Of a DNA stretch of 64,000 nt, positions 35,989 to 61,037 are shown one piece after another. Origin of the DNA: the human T2T-CHM13v2.0 reference genome, Homo sapiens; the NCBI RefSeq assembly GCF_009914755.1, contig NC_060947.1. One strand, written 5' to 3'. The notes beneath the pieces were generated by a model. The model saw only the letters and a list, made by a program, of their open reading frames with translations. It was not told where the DNA came from and ran no database searches. Position numbers and translations under genes: made by a program. Each line of letters opens with the position of its first letter. Position 1 is the stretch's first letter.

Positions 35989-36166
35989 TCAAGAGGCTGA
36001 GGGGCGAGGAATACTTGAGTTTGAGGCAGCAGTGACCTATGATTGCAGCACTGCACTCCAGCCTGGACAAAAGAACAAGAACCTGTCTCAAAAAAAACAA
36101 AAACAAAAACAAAAAAAAGATAAATCTAGAATGTCCAGTGGGGAAAAAGTAAGTTTCCAAAGATTA

Positions 36167-37520
<1,354 letters not shown>

Positions 37521-37542
37521 ATTTTTTTTTCTTTTGAGATGA

Positions 37543-37866
<324 letters not shown>

Positions 37867-39001
37867 TAGTCCCAGCTACTCAGTAGGCAGGAAGATTGCT
37901 TGAGCCCAGGAGATCAAGGCTGCAGTGAGCCATGATTGTGTCCCTGCACAATCAGCCTGGGAGACAGAGTGAGACCCTGTCTCCAAAAAAAAAAAAAAAA
38001 AAAAGGAAGCCTTGCTGGGCATCTAATGGGAAAATCTGTGTTCCCAACAATGGAAATCAGCTAGATTGACCAAAGCACCAGAGGAACAAATGTATTTAGA
38101 GTGGTTCTGTGTGCACATGGTGGGGGGTGTATGGCAAGTGGGGAGTTGTCAACTGGCAGTCTTTAGCAGTGGCTATATGGAGGCTTCTCATGATTTCCAC
38201 TTCAGTCAGAACAAAAGCCATAGTAGTTCCAGTGGACTGACCTTACAGCACTACAGGATCTCCCTGACCTGACCTCCTACCACCTTCTCCCTCACTTACT
38301 CCCCTGCAGCCACACCAGCCTCCCGGCTGTTCCTCACACATGCTAGCAACAGTGCTACCACAGGGCCTTTGCACTTCATTTCCCCTGTCTAGACCGCTTT
38401 CCCCAGATAGCTGCATGACCATCCCTTACTTCCTTAATACCGTTGCTTAATGTCACCTTCTCTCTAAGGCTTTCTGTGGCCATCCTATTAATACTGCCCC
38501 TTTCCCCCATGGTTCTCAGCTTCTTATAACATCTTCCATCACTTACTTCTGCTTATTGCTCACTGTCTCAGCCCCAGTGGAGTGTCAGCCCCACAAGGGC
38601 AAGGATGTTTGTTTTGTTTGTAGCTCCATACTCGGTACCCAGGATGCTGCCTGGCATATAGTAGGGTCTTGATATTAAGTGATTTACTCCATACGGTTCC
38701 CCTAGCATGCAGGATGGTACCTGGCATTCAGTAGGAGCTCAAGAGATGTTTGTTGAATGAATTGGTGTGATAGGGGACTTGGTGAGGACCCGCCCCCACT
38801 TAGATAGCTTTAGAAGCTGTTGGATACTTCATCCCTCTGCGTGGTGCTGCAGACATGGAGATGAAGAGGTGGCCTCAGTGTGGGAGTAGAGGGGAGCATT
38901 CCCTTGACTGAGGAAGGAATGTTAGAAAAGAGAGCTGAGGCTGGGCATGGTGGCTCATGTCTGTAAACCCAGCACTTTGGGAGGCCGAGGTGGGCAGATC
39001 A

Positions 39002-39390
<389 letters not shown>

Positions 39391-41168
39391 TTATTTAAAA
39401 AAATTTTTTTAAAAGAAGAGCTGACCTGTCCATATCTGCCACTGAACACAGCCCAGACAGCAACCCACAGCACCTCAATAATTGACTCCTCTCTGAAAGG
39501 CAAAGAAACTGCTTCCTGAGTCTGCTGCTACAAATTCAAGGCTTGGCATCTGGACAATTTTTAACAGAAGCAGACCCCTGCCAGGGAAACTTCTGGGGGC
39601 TTGGCAGAAGAGGCAGATGCCTTTTAATCTACCTCTTGCTCAATCCCTGTGATGTGAAAAAAGCCAGTCTGGACAAATTGTACAGGTCACAGTCCCCAGC
39701 TTGTGAGGGGCCTGTAGAGAATTCTCGGGCTCACAGAAGCCGTTGCTGCAGTAACCACTGCCGCAAGAGCAACTTTGGCAGCAGGCAGGTGCCAGGCAGC
39801 AAGCTGAGAGAACACTGCACAGATTCAAAGTGTCTTCAGATACAAGGCTTTGTTTGTGCACAGTGAACAAAGGGCATATTGGGAAGGCCTCCTTATATTG
39901 TCCACACTTCCCTGAATGTAAGGAGCCCTGTCCTCAAAATGGGGATCAGCAGGGCTCCTTTCAAGGTAAAGCAGAAAAAGTCCCAGTGGCCTGTCAAGGG
40001 AGACCAGGCGCTTTGGCTGGAGCTAGGTGTTCTGGACAAAGGGCCATATTCAAGAACTTTGGGCCCCATTTTCAAGCGTAGGCTTAGGAGAAAGATGAAT
40101 TCCAGGAAATCTGAAGCTGATGAGATATCTGCTTTAGCATTGTGGCACGGGGAGGAGATGGAGGGTGTCTGAAATGGCCAGGTTATGTTGTGTTACAGGC
40201 AGAGACAGAGCCCCAGTGCCATTCCCTGGGGAGCTTTAGCCCTTCTCAAAGGTGCTACCAAGGCTGGTTTATTATGATTGGAGAAAGGAGGAGGCCTCCT
40301 TGACAGAGTGAAGTGCATAAAGCATAGGAAATGGACTACTGGACATGAGAAGTTGGGAACATCCTCCCTACGATTAACAAAATACAAGCCAGAGACCAGG
40401 CACGGTGGCTCATTCCAGTGCCTATAATCCCAGCACTTTGGGAGGCTGAGACGGGAAGATCGCTTGAGCCCAGGAGATCAATGCTGCTGTGAGCTATGAT
40501 TGCACCACTGCACTCCAGTCTGGGCAACAGAGGAAGACCCCAGGCTCAGCATATTCTCTGGGGTCCTGCTCTAAACTGAGAGTGAAAGCATACTCTGCTG
40601 CTAGTTGCTAGAGTTCTTGCTCAGAAAGTTGTTCAGAGATACAGTATTTCAGATTCCACAGCATCTAAAGATTTTTTTTTTTTTTTTTGAGACAGAGTCT
40701 AACTCTGTCCCCTGGGCTGGAGTGCAGTGGCGCAATCTGGGCTCACAGCAACCTCTGCCTCCTGGGTTCAAGCGATTCTCTTGCCTCAGCCTCCTGAGTA
40801 GCTAGGATTATAGGCGTGCACCACCATACCTCGGTAATTTTTTGTATTTTTATACTTTTAGTAGAGACAGGGTTTCACCTTGTTGGCCAGGCTGATCTTG
40901 AACTCCTGGGCTCAAGCGATCCATCCACCTCAGCCTCCTAAAGTGCTAGGATTACAGGCATGCACCACTGTGCCCAAGCTTATAGTATCTATATTCCAAG
41001 AGTGAGCTCACAATCAAATGAGTCCTTTAACTTGTCCTGTACCCTGAGCAGAAAAGCAAGGCTTAAAAGTGAAATGGTTCCCACCTCAGTCAACTCAGTT
41101 CCCACCTTAACTCGCAGCTCATCATACCACTTATGATTTCATCTTTCTATTAAGTACTTGAAATGGTT

Positions 41169-41174
41169 TTTATT
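41169..41174 (-). terminator. GPKOW: GPKOW polyadenylation signal AATAAA
   Basis: tttatt on the plus strand, ~195 nt after the stop codon. Confidence 0.75.
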
Positions 41175-41368
41175 ATACCCTAAATTTTGGTAAATATTGG
41201 GTTTGTTTCTAGCTTCCCTACTGGTTCACCCATCCCTTTCCCTTGTCCTTGTCCCAGGACTGCACCAGAAGTAGAGGATGGAACAATGATCTTCCCACCT
41301 TCTGAAGGCAACTTTCTCATATGGTACAGAACTGGTACCAGCCTGGGGGATGGGAGGAGTCCCATGGG

Positions 41369-41503
41369 TCAGTCATCATCTGTGTCACTAGGGCCCATGT
41401 ACTGGCAGATGGCATCGTAGTGAAGCTCCACCACCTGATTTTCTCTTGGCAGTTGCACCAAAGCCCGGCTCCGTGCTCTGTCCCGGCTCAGCAAATGTCC
41501 CAC
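41369..41503 (-). CDS. GPKOW: GPKOW exon 11 (last coding exon)
   Basis: CAG acceptor; VGHLLSRDRARSRALVQLPRENQVVELHYDAICQYMGPSDTDDD, then TGA at 41371-41369. Confidence 0.95.
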   Translation of the reverse strand: MGHLLSRDRARSRALVQLPRENQVVELHYDAICQYMGPSDTDDD

Positions 41504-41600
41504 CTGGAACAGAGGTGAAGTGGAATCAGCAAGGCAAGCCTAGATCCTGGGACAGGCCCTGAACGACCCACAAACCTCTACTGCCAGGTCTGAGACTCAC

Positions 41601-41686
41601 CCTTCCAGTCTGTGGGCCCAGCACCACCATCACACGGTCACCCTCTGCCTTGGGAACCAGGGTCTCCAGCATGTCTTCCCTCAGGC
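41601..41686 (-). CDS. GPKOW: GPKOW exon 10 (KOW2 region)
   Basis: TAG/GTGAG boundaries; [28 protein letters not shown]. Confidence 0.95.
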
Positions 41687-41763
41687 CTATGGATAAGGGA
41701 GAGGGGAGTGAGGCCCACAGCAAGGACCAGCCCAACCAGCGTCCTGTCAGAAGGGCCTTTCCT

Positions 41764-43616
<1,853 letters not shown>

Positions 43617-43636
43617 TCAGGCTGCAGGGTTCCCAC

Positions 43637-43760
43637 CTTGGTGTTGTAATATTGGCCTCCTTTGTACATGTTGTCCACAAACCGCACACGCAGGTCCCTG
43701 TGCAACCAGTGCTGACTTCTGGGGGCTGCTTTCTCACTCTTGGCTGCAGGCCCATCCTGT
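43637..43760 (-). CDS. GPKOW: GPKOW exon 8
   Basis: CAG/GTGGGA boundaries; QDGPAAKSEKAAPRSQHWLHRDLRVRFVDNMYKGGQYYNTK. Confidence 0.92.
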
Positions 43761-43966
43761 CTGTGGAGAAGGTGCCAGCACCAGGCTTAGCTCTTCATCA
43801 GATGCACTTTCCAGTTGCCCTCCCTTTGCCTATGCTATGAAACCCACCCACAATGCAGTTCCCCGTTCCTTCTATGAGCCCGCCTTGCCTTGGAAGCCTT
43901 CCCTGGCTGCTCGAGCCTACCCACAGCCCTGCCTTCTTGACCCCTCCCGCATGCTCAGAGTCCCAC

Positions 43967-44069
43967 CGGTCTGGAAGGTGTTTCCGCTTCCTCTCTGAGT
44001 TGTCCTGCTGGATGTAGAGTTCTTGATTCCAGAGGGTCTTCCGTGATGAGGCAGTTCCGTTCTGTTGCC
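43967..44069 (-). CDS. GPKOW: GPKOW exon 7
   Basis: CAG/GTGGGA boundaries; QQNGTASSRKTLWNQELYIQQDNSERKRKHLPD; phases fit neighbouring exons. Confidence 0.9.
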
Positions 44070-44775
44070 CTGGGGAAGGAAGTTTTGCTCATCTGGCCTG
44101 TTCAAGAGGTTATGAGGAGAACCAGGACAGAGCCTCAGTGTCTCACTGCCCTTTCCTTCCAAGGCCATGTCTCAGCCTAGAGCCACCTCCCACCTGCCAA
44201 AGTGCCCCTCTCACCCCTCATGCATTTGCTAGTAGAATGCCTCTCCCCCACCTCTCAACCATTTCAGCTTCCTTCAGGAACCCTCCCGCAGCCAACCTAG
44301 CCCACAACAACAATGCTCACCTAGTGTGGACTAGAGATTCCCAGAGAGCTCTGTCTGTACCCATTTGCCAAACTGCCCCGTCCTACCGAAACGCCTTCGC
44401 CTGTGCTGTTCTGTCTGCCTAGAATTCCTTCCTTCTTGGTCACACCCTAATCCTAGCAGTTCTCACTCCCTAGTAAAAGAGAGGTTCATCACCCCAAATG
44501 GACAAAGATCTCGAAGGTAGGAATTGGTTTCTGCACCTGTTTCTTCTCACTCAGACAGGCTACAGACCCAGGGGTATGACATCGACCTTTCTCCAATCAA
44601 ATGGAGTAAGTCACTTATGTCCATTCTCACCTCCTGACCTCTGATTGGAAGTCATATCTGCCAGGCACACTGCTGCCCCTCCCTGCTGCAGATCTAAAAC
44701 CACCCCATTAGCCAGGCCCTGCCACCCCTAGGAATGCGTTGCCAACTCCCCTAGCTCTACAAGAGGCTCACTCAC

Positions 44776-44908
44776 TGAGATCCAAGGTGTTCTTGTCAAA
44801 CTCCTGCTGGGAGACAGGCCGCAGGTAGTACTCACTAACAGTCACCACCCGGCTCCCCACAGCCAGACGAACCATGGCCCGAACATTGTCAGGATCAAGG
44901 CCTTCCAC
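44776..44908 (-). CDS. GPKOW: GPKOW exon 6
   Basis: TAG/GTGAG boundaries; VEGLDPDNVRAMVRLAVGSRVVTVSEYYLRPVSQQEFDKNTLDL. Confidence 0.94.
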
Positions 44909-45342
44909 CTAAAGTGTTGAGGGGAAGAAGTCAGGTAGGGGTTGTGGACTCCACCCACATTCCTAGGACCAAGATGTCAACCCCTTACCTCTAAGAGGCC
45001 TGCTTCCTCTGTCTCCCCAACCAGACTCTGACCCCTGAGAAGTGGGACCAGGTCTGGTTCCTGTGTCTCCCTCAGCTGACTGTGGGGCTTCCTTGGATCC
45101 TTTAAGCATTTAATCTTCAGGGACTTGTGGCATATGGCATTCTCTTCCTTTTAGCTGGGAACTGAGGCTCACAAAGGCCAGCAAGTGGTCCTGGGTTACT
45201 GAGTGAGGCAGTGGGCCAAGCAGACCTAAAAGACTAGGAGTCCCAGCCTTTCTACCTCAAATCCAATTATTCCTCCATCTGACCCTCGGATCAACCTTCC
45301 CTGCTGCCTGTTTTGGGCTCCCGGGATATCTTGGTTCCTTAC

Positions 45343-46612
<1,270 letters not shown>

Positions 46613-46718
46613 CATGACAATAGCAAATGTTTAGTCTACGCTTTCTTGGGGTCAGGGCCTACTGTATGTGCTTTATGTATATAATTTCTTTTCCTTTTCC
46701 TTTTTTTTTTTTTTTTGA

Positions 46719-46820
<102 letters not shown>

Positions 46821-47449
46821 TGAGTAGCTGGGACTACAGGCACCCGCCACCATGCCCGGCTAATTTTTTGTATTTTTTTTTTTAGTAGAGATGGGCTTTC
46901 ACCGTGTTAGCCAGGATGGTCTCGATCTCCTGACCTCGTGATCCACCCACCTCAGCCTCCCAAAGTGCTGGGATTATATGTGTGAGCCACCACACCCGGC
47001 CCTAATTTCTTTTCTTAAAATTAATTAATCTTTTGTAGAGATGGGGCCTCCCTATGTTGCCCAGGCCAGTCTCAAACTCCTGGAGTTAAGTGATCCTCCT
47101 GCCTCAGTCTCCGAAAGTGCTGGGATTACAGGCATGAGCCACTACCTGGCCTATGTGTATAATTTCATTTAACTCTCACAACAGACCTATGAAGTCAGTA
47201 CTATTACCCCCATTTTTCAGATGAGGAAATTGATGTCCCTAGAGGCAAACTTTATATAAATGGGATTCTATTAGAGTTTCAAAGGGCAAATGGGAGTTTA
47301 AAACAGTAGTGGAAGGGGCTGCTGAATTAGTTAGGGCGATAATGTATCCTCCCTCCCTGCCTAGGTGGTTCTGGTTTGGCAGTGACCCTGGGGATCTTGA
47401 TTGCAGCCTGATGATCTGTCTGTCCCCTCGACCCTATCCCAGAACTCAC

Positions 47450-47559
47450 TGATTGAAGGTGCGGCCGATGCCCTCGCCAGGTTTCCAGCCCATGCCCCGC
47501 AGCATGGCCAGCCCATAGGCCTCCACGGGGACCGCCTCATAATTAGCCTCCTCTGGCAC
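47450..47559 (-). CDS. GPKOW: GPKOW exon 4 (G-patch domain)
   Basis: TAG/GTGAGT boundaries; [36 protein letters not shown] (G-patch signature). Confidence 0.97.
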
Positions 47560-47724
47560 CTACAGGTTCAGGTAGAGGAAGGAGGGTCAGGCTTTGCTTA
47601 CACTGGGTCTTCTATTTGAAGTGCACTTGCTGCCCCCCACTGGGAGACCTGCTACGCGTCTTTTCCAATCAGCTCAAGGGTGAGTTTTGATTTCCTCTTT
47701 CCATCCCTCACTGTACTCCTCCAT

Positions 47725-49950
<2,226 letters not shown>

Positions 49951-50139
49951 AGGATTCAAGTACGTTTTTAGCATCCAGATACCCAGATTCATTTGGTAAT
50001 GCTTCCAAAATGATGACAGAAGGGGCAGGTGGCGGGCCTCTAGCACACACACAGACTTTCCCTGCTACGTGCAGGGACACAGCCTGGCGGACAGGGCAAA
50101 GAAAGGCTGGGGCAGGAGGGGGACAAGGGGCCAGCTCAC

Positions 50140-50264
50140 TGTCTCTGCCCGGGGTTCGCTGTCTGCCCCTTCCCCGCTGGGGGTGCATCCTTTCTGGATC
50201 ATGGGGATAGCGAGCGTGGGGTCGACACCCGCATTCTCTCTCTCTTCCAGAGACTTCTTGGATT
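50140..50264 (-). CDS. GPKOW: GPKOW exon 3
   Basis: TAG/GTGAG boundaries; SKKSLEERENAGVDPTLAIPMIQKGCTPSGEGADSEPRAET. Confidence 0.94.
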
Positions 50265-50363
50265 CTAAAGGAAGAATAGGAGGGAGCAATGAAGTCCCAC
50301 TCTATCCTTCCACCTTCTTCCTCTTCTTCCTTCAATGGGGAAGGGTAAAGGGGTATCACTCAC

Positions 50364-50518
50364 CCGCAATGAGCTCCTTCACAGCCTGGGACACCACCCC
50401 ATCCGCCAAGGCCCCAGTATCTGTGGATGGCCCAGGGGGCCGGGCTGGTGGCTGCCTGCGATGGCCATTCTGGATCAAAGGGATGACGAGTTCCTTGGGG
50501 GCCTCCTGGGGCTTCACA
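50364..50518 (-). CDS. GPKOW: GPKOW exon 2
   Basis: CAG/GTGAG boundaries; VKPQEAPKELVIPLIQNGHRRQPPARPPGPSTDTGALADGVVSQAVKELIA; ends at c.331. Confidence 0.94.
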
Positions 50519-51288
50519 CTGATGTGGACACAGAGGGGTGGGGTTGGGAGAATGGCAGGGTCAGTGGGTCACACTCCTTCATTCAGAGAAAACACAAGAG
50601 CCAAACTCACCCCAGCCCCACAGACCATGTCTTCCCTACTCCATGTCTGGATCTCCTGTTCCTCTCTGATCGTGCATTCTCTGGATTATCTCCCCAGTGC
50701 CCCCAACTCATAAATGTCAGTGCCTTCGAGAAATAAGTCCTGCACTCTCTGTTTAACTCAATACCGGCTTCTACAATGGCCCACAAATCACTATCTTCAG
50801 CCCAGACCTTCCCCAGCTCCAGGTTCCCAAACAGCTTCCTAGATGCCTGATTCTCTTCTGGAAATCCCTCCCTCAGACCCCTCAGACACTCCTCTCCTCA
50901 TTAAGCTGATGGTGGCCTCCATCAACCTGAATCTGCCGCTCCATCCCGTTCCCCATATCGGGGACGCCTCAGCCCTTCAGTTGAGACACTAGCAGGTCCT
51001 GTCATTTTCTCATTCTTTCCTTCTCCCAGAACGCACAGACCTTAGTGTCTTCAAGTCCTAGAGACACTTCTTCTCAGTAATACATCCTCTCTTCGCAATT
51101 CCCACAGCTATCAGGCCCAATTTCCTCACCCCCTCCTATAAACTCCCGCCTTCTGGCCTCCACGAATTTACTCAGGCTGTGTTTCAGGCTTAACAGGTCA
51201 CTGTCACCAAGACAAACAACTGAGATTCCTCCCTCCCGCTTACGCCCACCGCAGAGATTTCCAAGGGGTGAAAGACCCGGCGCGTCAC

Positions 51289-51464
51289 CTCTGCAGCTCC
51301 CTCCCTTCCACGGTTTTCAAGAAATCCTTCTCCTCCGGAGATGGCCCCGCGCCGTCTCCCGAGTCGGCCAGCCGCCTCCGTGCGGACGTGCGAGTGAAGC
51401 CGAATGAAATTGGGGCAGTGGAAGCAGCCGTCAGCGGCAAAACACCCTCTTTGGAGTCAGCCAT
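51289..51464 (-). CDS. GPKOW: GPKOW exon 1 (G-patch domain and KOW motifs protein, Spp2-like splicing factor)
   Basis: ATG at 51464; [58 protein letters not shown]; AG|GTGACG donor. The 11 exons sum to 1431 nt = 476 aa. Confidence 0.96.
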
Positions 51465-51921
<457 letters not shown>

Positions 51922-52552
51922 TGATTCTCCTGCCTCGGCCTCCCACAGTGCTGGGATTACAGGTGTGAGCCACCACGCCTGGCTGGAAATGTAGTTTTTA
52001 GCGGGGTAGGCATGGTGGAAGGTGGATTCATTCTTGCCAGACATTAATCTTCCTTCGTGTAGGCGTTTGACAAGTATTTATGGAGCGCCTAATGTGTGCC
52101 CTACTTATGTGGGAAGTGTTGATGAAGTAAATCATTTAGAAATAATCAGCTGGGTGTGGTGGCGCGCACCTGTAGTTCCATTTACTCCGCAGGCTGAGGC
52201 AGGAGGATGGCCTGAGGCCTGGGAATTCGAGGCTGCACTTAGCTCTTATCGCACCACTGCATTCCAGCCTGGGTGACAGAGCGAGACCCCATCTCTAAAA
52301 AAGAAAAAGGTCGGGGGTGGGGGGGATGGAGCGTCAGTTGTGTACAATAATAAATAATAGACATAAAATAAATAATAGACATAAAAAACCCCGTCTCTAC
52401 TGAAAATACAAAAATTAGAGGGGCGTGGTGGCTCATGCCTGTAATCCCAGCATTTTGGGAGGCCGAGGCTGGTGGATCACCTGAGGTCAGGACTTTGAGA
52501 CCAGCCTGACTCATATGGTGAAACCCTGTCTCTACTAAAAATACAAAAATTA

Positions 52553-52732
<180 letters not shown>

Positions 52733-52770
52733 CTATTGGCCAGGCTCATACCCGTAATCCCAGCACTTTA

Positions 52771-52998
<228 letters not shown>

Positions 52999-53165
52999 TC
53001 AGTCTCAAAAACAAAAGAAAAACAAAAAAAAAAAAAAAAAAAGAAAAAGAATAGTGCCTACTGATGTCAGATTTTAATACTCAACAAGGCACTAGATTCA
53101 AATATCAATAAAATAGGCTGGGCACAGTGGCTCATGCCTGTAATCCCAGCACTTTGGGAGACCTA

Positions 53166-53675
<510 letters not shown>

Positions 53676-54010
53676 TCAGAGGGCTGAGGGGGGAGGATCA
53701 CTTCAGCCCAGGAGGTTGAGGATGCACTGAGCGGTGATCAGGCCACAGCACTACAGCCTGGGCAACACACACACATATACATATAGCAACATTAAACATA
53801 TTGTGAGAACCAGGTCCTAAGGCTTCAAAGATTACTGATATGAAGGAAAAATGAAGCAGTCAGAAAATTAAAAAAAAAAAAGATTATTGAGACAGATCTC
53901 TCTTGTGTAGGACCTCAAGAGTTCATACAGGCAGGGTGCGGTGGTTCATGCCTGTAATCCCAGCACTCTGAGAAGCCGAGGCAGGTGGATCACTTGAGGC
54001 CAGGAGTTCA

Positions 54011-54228
<218 letters not shown>

Positions 54229-54716
54229 TTAAAATGAAAAAAAAAAAGAGTTTATACAGAGTGGCTTATACAGAGTTGCTGGGTGTGGTGGCTCACACCT
54301 GTACTTTCAGCACTATGGGAGGCTGAGGCAGGAGGATTACTTGAGGCCAGGAGTTGGTGGATACAGTGAGCTATGATCGTGGCACTGCACTATAGCTTGT
54401 GTGACAGAGCAAGATCCTGCCTCTAAAAAAGTAAATAAGTAAAATAAAAATAAAATAGTTTGTACAGTAGATGACAGATACTTAAATATTCTTAAGAAAG
54501 AGTAATATAATTCTGCTACAAATTAGGCTCAAGGATATCATTGAAGATGTGTAAAATAATTTTTTATGAGATTCATTATCATATTATTGTGGCAAAAGCT
54601 TGAAGACCACTTAAATTATCAACAGAAGGGGATGCAGTAAATGAATTACAGCACACACCTTGGATGAAAGAAATACGCCTTTACATTGGAAGTTGTAAAT
54701 AAATATATATATATAA

Positions 54717-54854
<138 letters not shown>

Positions 54855-55207
54855 TGAGTAGCTGGGATTAGAGGTGCCTGACACAACGCTGGGCTAATTT
54901 TTCTATTTTCAGTAGAGGTGGGATTTTGCCATGTTGGCCAGGTTAGTCTCAAACTCCTCACCTCAGGTAATCCGACTGCCTTGGCCTCCCAAAGTGCTGA
55001 GATTACAGGCGTGAGTCACTGCATGACCAGCTGCTATAAATATAATTAAATGGACTGGGCACGGTGGCTCATGCCTATAATCCCAGCGCTTTGGGAGGCT
55101 GAGGCAGGCAGATCCTCTGAGGTCGGGAGTTCGAGACCAGCCTGGCCAACATGGTGAAACCCCATCTGTACTAAAAATAAAAAATTAGCCATGTGTGGTA
55201 GTGGTTA

Positions 55208-55537
<330 letters not shown>

Positions 55538-55584
55538 TCAAGGGTAAAACCACTTTGCTTTTCAAGGTACAACAAAATTCATTA

Positions 55585-55815
<231 letters not shown>

Positions 55816-56401
55816 TTAGACTTCTGCTTTTTTTTTTTTTTTTTTTTTGAGACGGAGTCTCGTTCTGTCACCCAGACTGGAGTGCAGTGGCACAACCTCC
55901 GTTCACCGCAACCTCCACCTCCCCCAGGTTCAAGCAATTCTCCTGCCTCAGCCCCCCCGAATAGCTGGGACTACAGGCGCATGCCACCAGGCCTGGCTAA
56001 TTTTTTGTATATTTAGTAGAGACAGGGTTTCACCGTGTTAGCCAGGGTGGTCTCGATCTCCTGACCTCGTGATGCGCCTGCCTTGGCCTCCCAAAGTGCT
56101 GGGATTACAGGCGTGAGCCACTGCACCCGGCCTGGTTTTCTTTTTGTTTTTGTTTTTGTTTTTGTTTTTTGTTTTTGATTTTTGAAATGGAGTCTCACTC
56201 TGTCACCCAGGCTGGAGTGCAGTGGCGCGACCTCGGCTCACTGCAACTTCTGCCTCCTGGGTTCAAGAATTTCTCCTGCCTTGGCTGGGCATGGTGGCTC
56301 ACACCTGTAATCCCACCACTTTGGGAGGCCGAGGCAGGCGGATCACGAGGTCAGGAGATCAAGACCATCCTGGCTAACATGGTGAAACTCCATCTCTACT
56401 A

Positions 56402-56596
<195 letters not shown>

Positions 56597-56709
56597 TTAG
56601 CTTCCCGAGTAGCTGAGATTACAGGCACCCGCAAACGCCCGGCTAATTTTTGTATTTTTAGTAGAGGCAGGGTTTCACCATATTGGCCAGAGTGGTCTCG
56701 AACTCCTGA

Positions 56710-57085
<376 letters not shown>

Positions 57086-57586
57086 TGAAAAATATAGTTC
57101 ACTTATTTTCTGGAACACCCCTCAATATAGATTTGTCTTGTGATTTCTCATTTATTAGACTGAGATTATGAGTTTTGGGCAAGAATGTCATGGAGATGAT
57201 GTGCCCTTCTAATCACATCATATCAAGGAGTTCATGATGTTGATAAGTCCTATTGTTAATTACATGAACATGAATCAGTTGGTTAAGGTGTTGTCTACCA
57301 GGTTTCTCCACTGGTTCCATTGCCTGCAATGCAAACTGTCCGTGGAGGAAGTGATACCCACTTCCTAAAGCAGCCGCCTGAGGCAATGTGCGCAATGCAG
57401 CCTTATACACGCTGGCACAAGAGGTCCCTGAAGGAGTTTTGTTTTTTGTTTTTAAGCAAGAGTTCCTAGGAAAACCTGAGAGTTTTACCTTCTCAGCTGG
57501 TTCACACTTTGTCTCTGACTTGCTCCTGATATGTATCATGGAGATCACCCCAGCCTAACCTGATCCTGATGCATTTTTTTTTTTGA

Positions 57587-57865
<279 letters not shown>

Positions 57866-58695
57866 TGATGCAAAATTTTTGGTGGTGAAAATATAATGGT
57901 GACTCATGCCTGTATCCTCAGCTACCCTGGAGGCAAAGGTGGGAGTGTTGCTTGTACCCAGGAGTTTGAGACCAGGCTGGGCAACATAGTGAGATCCTGT
58001 CTGTAACAAAAGAATAAAAAAGAGGGAGGAAGAAAAATATATAATAAGAGAAAAGACCTTTGTTTCTGTCTTTACTTCATACTGAAAAAATCAGGAGTAA
58101 CATTTAGAAAAGTATTTGCTTACCATATAATTAAGGAAAACCATATCCAAGTTTTACAAAACCAGCCATTTATTCTTTTGCTCATTCAATAATCATTAAT
58201 TGAGTATCCACTCTGTTAACAGGTCCTGCCTCCAAGGAACTCATATGAGATGGGAAAATCAGGGATTACAAATGTGTCTAAGACCTCAGACACAGATGGC
58301 TGTAGGGAAGGGTGGTCAAACAGACAAAATGGGGATTAATTGTGCCCAGCACTACTTCCAAAATGGACCGAAGACTGAAAAAGGATTGTGAAGGATGGCA
58401 GGAAGTGAAGTTGGAGTGAGGTGCAGAGGCTAGGTCATGGATAGCAGGGAATATTAGGACTTTGCTGGGGTAATGAGGAAGTCATGAGAAGGTTATGGGA
58501 CATGACAAAAATTTGTGTTTTATTTAAAAGTATTTAAAAAAAAAGGTAGAACAGCCTGGGCAACATGGCAAAACCCCATCTTTACAAAATATACAAAAAT
58601 TGGCCTGGCGCGGTGGCTCACACCTGTAATCATAGCACTTTGGGAGGCCTAAGCGGGTGGATCACGAGGTCAGGAGGTCAAGACCAGCCTGGTCA

Positions 58696-59140
<445 letters not shown>

Positions 59141-59207
59141 TCAATAACTATCAACTGCAGGAAATCCCTGACTGAAAAATAGGCAATGGACATAATCAGG
59201 TATTTCA

Positions 59208-59610
<403 letters not shown>

Positions 59611-59768
59611 TCACTCCTATAATTCCAGCACTTTGTGAGGATGAGGCGGGCGGATTACCAGGTCAAGAGTTTGAGACCAGCCTGGCCAACATGGTGAAAC
59701 CCCATCTCTACTAAAAATACAAAAATTAGCTGGGCGTGGTGGCACCTGCCTGTAATCCCAACTACTCA

Positions 59769-59873
<105 letters not shown>

Positions 59874-59975
59874 TCAAAAAAAAAAAAAAAAAAAAAAAAG
59901 AATTAGTTCACTTTGGAAGGCTGAGGCAAGACAATCACTTGAGGCTGGGAGTTCGAGACCAGCCTGGGCAACTTA

Positions 59976-60131
<156 letters not shown>

Positions 60132-60141
60132 TTATCGATAA

Positions 60142-60724
<583 letters not shown>

Positions 60725-60878
60725 TAGTAGAGATGGGGTTTCACCATGCTGCTCAGGCTGGTCTTGAACTCCTGAGCTCAGGCAATCCACCCGCCTCAGC
60801 CTCCCAAAGTGCTAGGATTACAGGCTTGAGCCACCGCACCCGGCCTTATTTTTATTTTATTTATTTTTTTATTTTTGA

Positions 60879-61037
<159 letters not shown>

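Noticed and set aside
39543-39870. Cys-rich ORFs (107 aa plus, 76 aa minus) as metallothionein- or keratin-associated-like genes
   Set aside because: Non-ATG starts, no regular Cys spacing and no promoter or poly(A) support.
43757-43763. CAG-ACAG tandem acceptor at GPKOW exon 8 as an alternative isoform
   Set aside because: The downstream AG shifts the frame by 4 nt; only the upstream AG gives the 476-aa product.
50069-50736. 214-aa and 133-aa plus-strand ORFs
   Set aside because: Antisense shadows of GPKOW exons 2-3.
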